Assembly (NCBI GenBank): GCA_050950765.1
Contig: JBMNIF010000002.1
Location: 640,001 to 704,000, forward strand
Direction: 5' to 3'
From: Bdellovibrionota bacterium
GTDB taxonomy: Bacteria > Bdellovibrionota_C > UBA2361 > JAAYZI01
Length of the DNA stretch: 64,000 bases
Each line of letters opens with the position of its first letter. The first letter of the stretch is position 1. Under the pieces are notes generated by a model, which ran no database searches, had not been told where the DNA came from, and saw nothing but the letters and a program-made list of their open reading frames with translations. A program made the position numbers and the translations under genes. Below, one piece after another: positions 60,077-64,000 of this stretch.

Positions 60077-60240
60077 AATTTAACCTGTAAAGTAGTTTTT
60101 TGTGTTTTGTCTAAAATTACTGATTCCTGTTCGTACCGATCTTCCTTCTTGTACCGATTGTGCCGATTTTTTACCTGTAATCTTGACGCATTGGAAAAAT
60201 GAACTGCTTTGTGTTTATGCCATCTATGGATAGAAAACTC

Positions 60241-60396
60241 AATATTGTTAGGTAAAAACTTCAAGGTAGCCGTCTTTAAGCTGAATGTTGTTAGGTAAAA
60301 AAACTTTAAGGTGCCTGTCTTTAAGCTCAATGTTGTTAGGTAAAAAAACTTCAAGGTGCCCGTCTTTAAACTGAATGTTGTTAAGTAAAAACTTCA
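60241..60396. repeat. tandem repeat, 43-45 bp x3.5
   Basis: AAT(A/G)TTGTTA(G/A)GTAAAAA units at 60241, 60284, 60329, 60374. Confidence 0.92.
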
Positions 60397-60497
60397 CACT
60401 TAAAACGGATCGTAACAATTATGAGGATGAGATAAGTGATATCAAGTGTGTTTACAAGGTTTGATAAAGGTAGCGGAAGGGGCTTCATCTATTTTTT

Positions 60498-61437
60498 TCA
60501 TATATATCTCGCTAAAATTCCGTCACAGGTCTCAACGGACATATTTCGAACACTGATTAGTTCATTTCCCATGTTTTCAATGGATTCCATAGATGGTACG
60601 GGCATGGAGTTAATTTCAGTTGAATTTACTTGGGTAGAGCCGTTCAGAATTCTATAATACTGATCATACAGGGTGGAGTTAAATATGACATATAATCCAA
60701 ACACAACACATTCTGATAAATCCTTAAGTCCTGTTATAAAGTTTAATTTGTTTTGAGTGCTTATTGTATCTAGTTCCGGATACTTTCTTGCGAGGTAAAC
60801 TGCAGACTGTAAGCGTCTTGGTTCTTCTTTAGAAGTAAATCTCTTTACAAAAAGATAGTTGCTGTTATTTTGTAATAGTCTAGGTCGTTTTTTTAATATA
60901 AACTCCTCTTCTCGTCCTATCGGAAATTCAACTTTTCCATTTTTTATATGTTGAGGATAGAACAAGGGGACAGAATTCTCTTCATAATCGTCTACAAGAT
61001 AATCTTTGTTCCTATAATTTACGGTAAGCCCCGTTTTCATTTTAAGCCCTAAATCAGGAAGGGTGTTATCAAATACAGATAGTTTTTCCAGAACTTTTAA
61101 TTCATCTCGGTTGGTAACTAGATAAACATACTTATCTTCTCCAGATACAATGATATTATAAGGAACTTTAAATTCATTAGTTTCAGTAAACGAGTTGCTA
61201 TCAATTGATGTTGAAATGGTAATTTTTTTCAACTTTTCATTAGTTTTTTTAGCCTTTAGGATCATAGTTTCTTGCAATACATTTTCTTGAGTGAAGACCC
61301 TATCTCGACTTTCAAATAAGTGTATATGTTCCAGAGAAGCTTCTTTTAAGAATTTCTTTCTGAATTTTGTGAAATAAGCTCCTGATGTCCAAGATCTTGG
61401 AATAATATAAACTAACTCACCACCATCTATTAGATTA
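60498..61437 (-). pseudogene. 3' part of IS-disrupted BsuBI/PstI-like N6-adenine methyltransferase
   Basis: In-frame continuation IDGGELVYIIPRSWTSGAYF...VKRFTSKEE...NGSTQVNSTE after removing the IS. Confidence 0.9.
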
Positions 61438-63284
61438 CCTAAATTCCCGTTTTTTTTATAGTCTACACCTTAGTATTTAATATTTTATCGACAAAAATCT
61501 TCTGGTCAATTTCTAATGCTTCTAAAATATCTTTTTGTTTTTTTGTTAATGGCTGTAGTAGCATGCTCAGATTTTCATTATCTATGCGTCTTATCATTTT
61601 AAGCGCTTCTAAAACTCTCTGAATGGTTTTTTCTACTTTTTTGTTATTATTATTTATAGTTCTTTGTAAGTCTGACCACATAATTAAGCTAAGAAAGGAG
61701 ACGAAGCTTTTGCCGTCAGTAGTTTTTTCATTATGTGTTAGCATACGGTCATTATCCAATTCATTTTTTAAATTATCGAAAGCTTTCTCAATAAAGTCTC
61801 GTCGTGAATAGATATGAAGTGCTTCTTGTGGTGTCATTGTTGAGTGGTTACTCAAAAAAGCAAAAACTCCTAGCATAGATAAGATATCGGTAATTTTTTC
61901 ATGATCCCTTTCAAAACTTTCTAACTGCACTTCTTTCTTAGTTTTTATTTTGTAGTATTTAGAGTAGCGACTCATACTCATAGGCTTTTTCATTTCTTTT
62001 AGTTCATCTTCTAATCTGTCAATATGAGAGTAAAGAGTGCTCTCTTCCTCAGATGCACTTTTTGTATTTAAGTAAACGTAGAGAGAAAATTTTTCTCCAT
62101 TTATCACAATATCTTTTCTTACCCCATAACAATTTGTCCCAGATATGTGATTCCTAGAAGAGCGAAGAGTAACAGATGCTTCCCTCATAGTATCGTTGTA
62201 ATTTTTCTGAGATTTAGGAACAGCTACGAGAAATTCTATTTGCTCTTTTTTTATATATTCTAAATTTTCTTTTGTAATAAAACCTCTATCCAGAACATAA
62301 AATATATCATCAATACCTAAGCTTTTAGAGTATTCCATCATTGTTGTAAGAAAAACTTTATCAACAACACTTCCACTGTAAAGAAAAAAACTTATTGGTA
62401 AATTGCTGTCGGTAGCGTATAAAAGTCCGACATTTAGTTGTGGTAAATATTCTTTGTCTCTATTGTATCCATTCTCGGCAAGTGGCAAGTCTGCATAAGT
62501 AGAAAGGCTCGTAACATCATAAGCTACAGTCTCATTGTTTTTCATAGCATAGTTTTTCCACACAGAAAAAAACTTCATTTGATCTTGTTTGGTAATCGAT
62601 GAAAAAAGCTCACTTGTCTTTTGCGAAGATAGAGATATGTTTTTAGGGGTAAGAGTATTTTGCGAAAAATTATCTATATTCATCATTACATTGCCTTCGT
62701 AAGCCATGTATAACGCAGTATAAAAGATATCTTCGTATTTATCGGGGAAGATTGTTTTTAAGCATTTTAATAACCCTATAGCCTCAGCTCTCATCTTTAA
62801 TGCGACTACGTGACCTGCGTCCCAAACAAAGCGAGAAGAAGCTAGATCAATAACGTCAGATGGCATTGGATAATATTTTCTAAAGTTCTCATTAGGAATC
62901 ATTCTTCCTTGTCTATCAGGGTCTATCTTTCCCACAATCACTTCATCACAAGTAGGTGTGCCGTTTTTATTACGACGATGACCAAGTACGTGATACACAT
63001 ATTTTACGTTTCCTTTGCTATCTTTTTTATACGAAATCTTTTTTTCTGGAATTGGAATTGAAATATTTATTAAAGCCATTTTGTCTCCTATTTTTTTACT
63101 GTCTCGTAGACTACGGAAGTATAGTCTACAAAGCAAAAGATGTCAATAGTTTTTTTAAAAAAATTAAAAAAACTTTTATAAAAAAACTTAATTAAATAAG
63201 TATGTTGGAGGAAATATAATATTAGAAAATCTAAATATGAAATTAAATTATTGATATGGACTACATAAAAAACGGGAATTTAGG
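61438..63284 (-). mobile_element. IS1634-family insertion sequence (1847 bp)
   Basis: TIRs CCTAAATTCCCGTTTTTT..TAGTC at both ends; 7-bp TSD TAGATTA at 61431-61437 and 63285-63291. Confidence 0.93.
61463..63079 (-). CDS. IS1634-family DDE transposase
   Basis: YDVTSLS (D), GYNRD, LDRGF (D), YSRRDFIEKAF..LK (E); SD AGGAG before the ATG at 63079. Confidence 0.9.
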   Translation of the reverse strand: MALINISIPIPEKKISYKKDSKGNVKYVYHVLGHRRNKNGTPTCDEVIVGKIDPDRQGRMIPNENFRKYYPMPSDVIDLASSRFVWDAGHVVALKMRAEAIGLLKCLKTIFPDKYEDIFYTALYMAYEGNVMMNIDNFSQNTLTPKNISLSSQKTSELFSSITKQDQMKFFSVWKNYAMKNNETVAYDVTSLSTYADLPLAENGYNRDKEYLPQLNVGLLYATDSNLPISFFLYSGSVVDKVFLTTMMEYSKSLGIDDIFYVLDRGFITKENLEYIKKEQIEFLVAVPKSQKNYNDTMREASVTLRSSRNHISGTNCYGVRKDIVINGEKFSLYVYLNTKSASEEESTLYSHIDRLEDELKEMKKPMSMSRYSKYYKIKTKKEVQLESFERDHEKITDILSMLGVFAFLSNHSTMTPQEALHIYSRRDFIEKAFDNLKNELDNDRMLTHNEKTTDGKSFVSFLSLIMWSDLQRTINNNNKKVEKTIQRVLEALKMIRRIDNENLSMLLQPLTKKQKDILEALEIDQKIFVDKILNTKV

Positions 63285-63836
63285 TAGATTAAATACGGAC
63301 ATACCCATAAATAGGAAATATAGATTCGGCGCTCCATAGCAGATATCTTGCATAGATCGGGCTTCCGATTCATTTTTTCCTATTTTCAAATACGGAGGGT
63401 TTCCTATAACCAAATCATATTTTTGAGGATTAGAGCAGGCTCCCAACATTCCATTGTATTCAAAACTCTGACTATTGATGTAGTTCTTAGTTATTATAGA
63501 AAACTTCAACTCTATGTTTATAGTCTCTTTAATCCAAGAAAGATTGTCTTTTAGTACAGGAATGACTTCTTTATCGGTTTCATAGCAAGTTAAAATTATT
63601 CTTTTCACCTTTGATGATTTACATATTCTTTCTATTAAGGCAGAGCTTAAAATTCCTGTACCCGCTCCTGGATCTAGGATATGCAATTCTTCTTTTTGTG
63701 GTATTTCAAATAAATTTGCCATGAAAACAGCTATTTCTTTGCTGGTAAAGAATTGTCCATAAGATTTTCTGTTTTCTTTGGATTTAGATTCAACATATAC
63801 ATTTGTTGAATTTTCAACATAATCAACGATCTTCAT
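63285..63836 (-). pseudogene. 5' part of IS-disrupted BsuBI/PstI-like N6-adenine methyltransferase
   Basis: GQFFT, LDPGAGTG (motif I), IGNPPY (motif IV), PNLY; the track ORF runs on into the IS end. Confidence 0.92.
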
Positions 63837-64000
63837 TCCTTACCACCTTTATAATATCTGAAATGTCACAATTCAAAACGGCACATATTGGCAATAAGAA
63901 CTCCGTCGTAACATTTTCCGATTTTTTTATTTTATAAAAAGTGCTTCTACTTATATACTCACGTTTCATTAAGTCTTTATTAGTCATATCTTCATCGATT

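Noticed and set aside
60073..60354. 93-aa ORF with repeated KFFYLTT
   Set aside because: Translation of the 45-bp tandem repeat; not supported as a gene. Also not CRISPR (no unique spacers)
338..63554. Numerous short ORF-track entries overlapping long genes
   Set aside because: Antisense or alternate-frame shadows of well-supported CDSs
1..64000. tRNA, rRNA, tmRNA, reverse transcriptase, integrase or cas genes
   Set aside because: No such motifs recognised by eye; a tRNAscan-SE/Infernal run would be needed to exclude divergent RNAs

Overview
AT-rich bacterial chromosomal window. The gene set (pilGHI-like ABC cluster, MXAN_5187-like protein, phoH-7TM-HD-ybeY) suggests a deltaproteobacterial-type lineage (Myxococcota/Bdellovibrionota-like; inference). 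Most genes are housekeeping: mnmG, leuACD, icd, hemB, argB, nagB, rsmE, serS, ybeY, phoH, alaS, groESL, prfA, prmC, purM-like, tldD, SulP. Secreted and accessory genes are scattered among them: papain-like protease, FG-GAP protein, Sel1 lipoprotein, Bro-N protein. No rRNA, tRNA or CRISPR array was recognised. Features absent from the ORF track: a leucine leader peptide with attenuator, a 44-aa very basic protein, an IS1634-family element (7-bp TSD) splitting a BsuBI/PstI-type methyltransferase, a two-copy ~247-bp MITE, an IS256-like mini-element and an orphan IS end. Two patterns stand out. (1) At least seven sequence-unrelated intergenic tandem duplications share a ~79-84 bp period, lie at gene 3' ends and mostly carry a GAGGAAAAAA-like motif. 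(2) Several dispersed orphan genes (T3SS-needle-like, amidase-like, translocator-like, PilB-like, MXAN_5187-like) share sigma-28-like promoters, and four of them have 5'-UTR hairpins, possibly a contact-dependent or predation regulon. All assignments are by eye from motifs; no searches were run.
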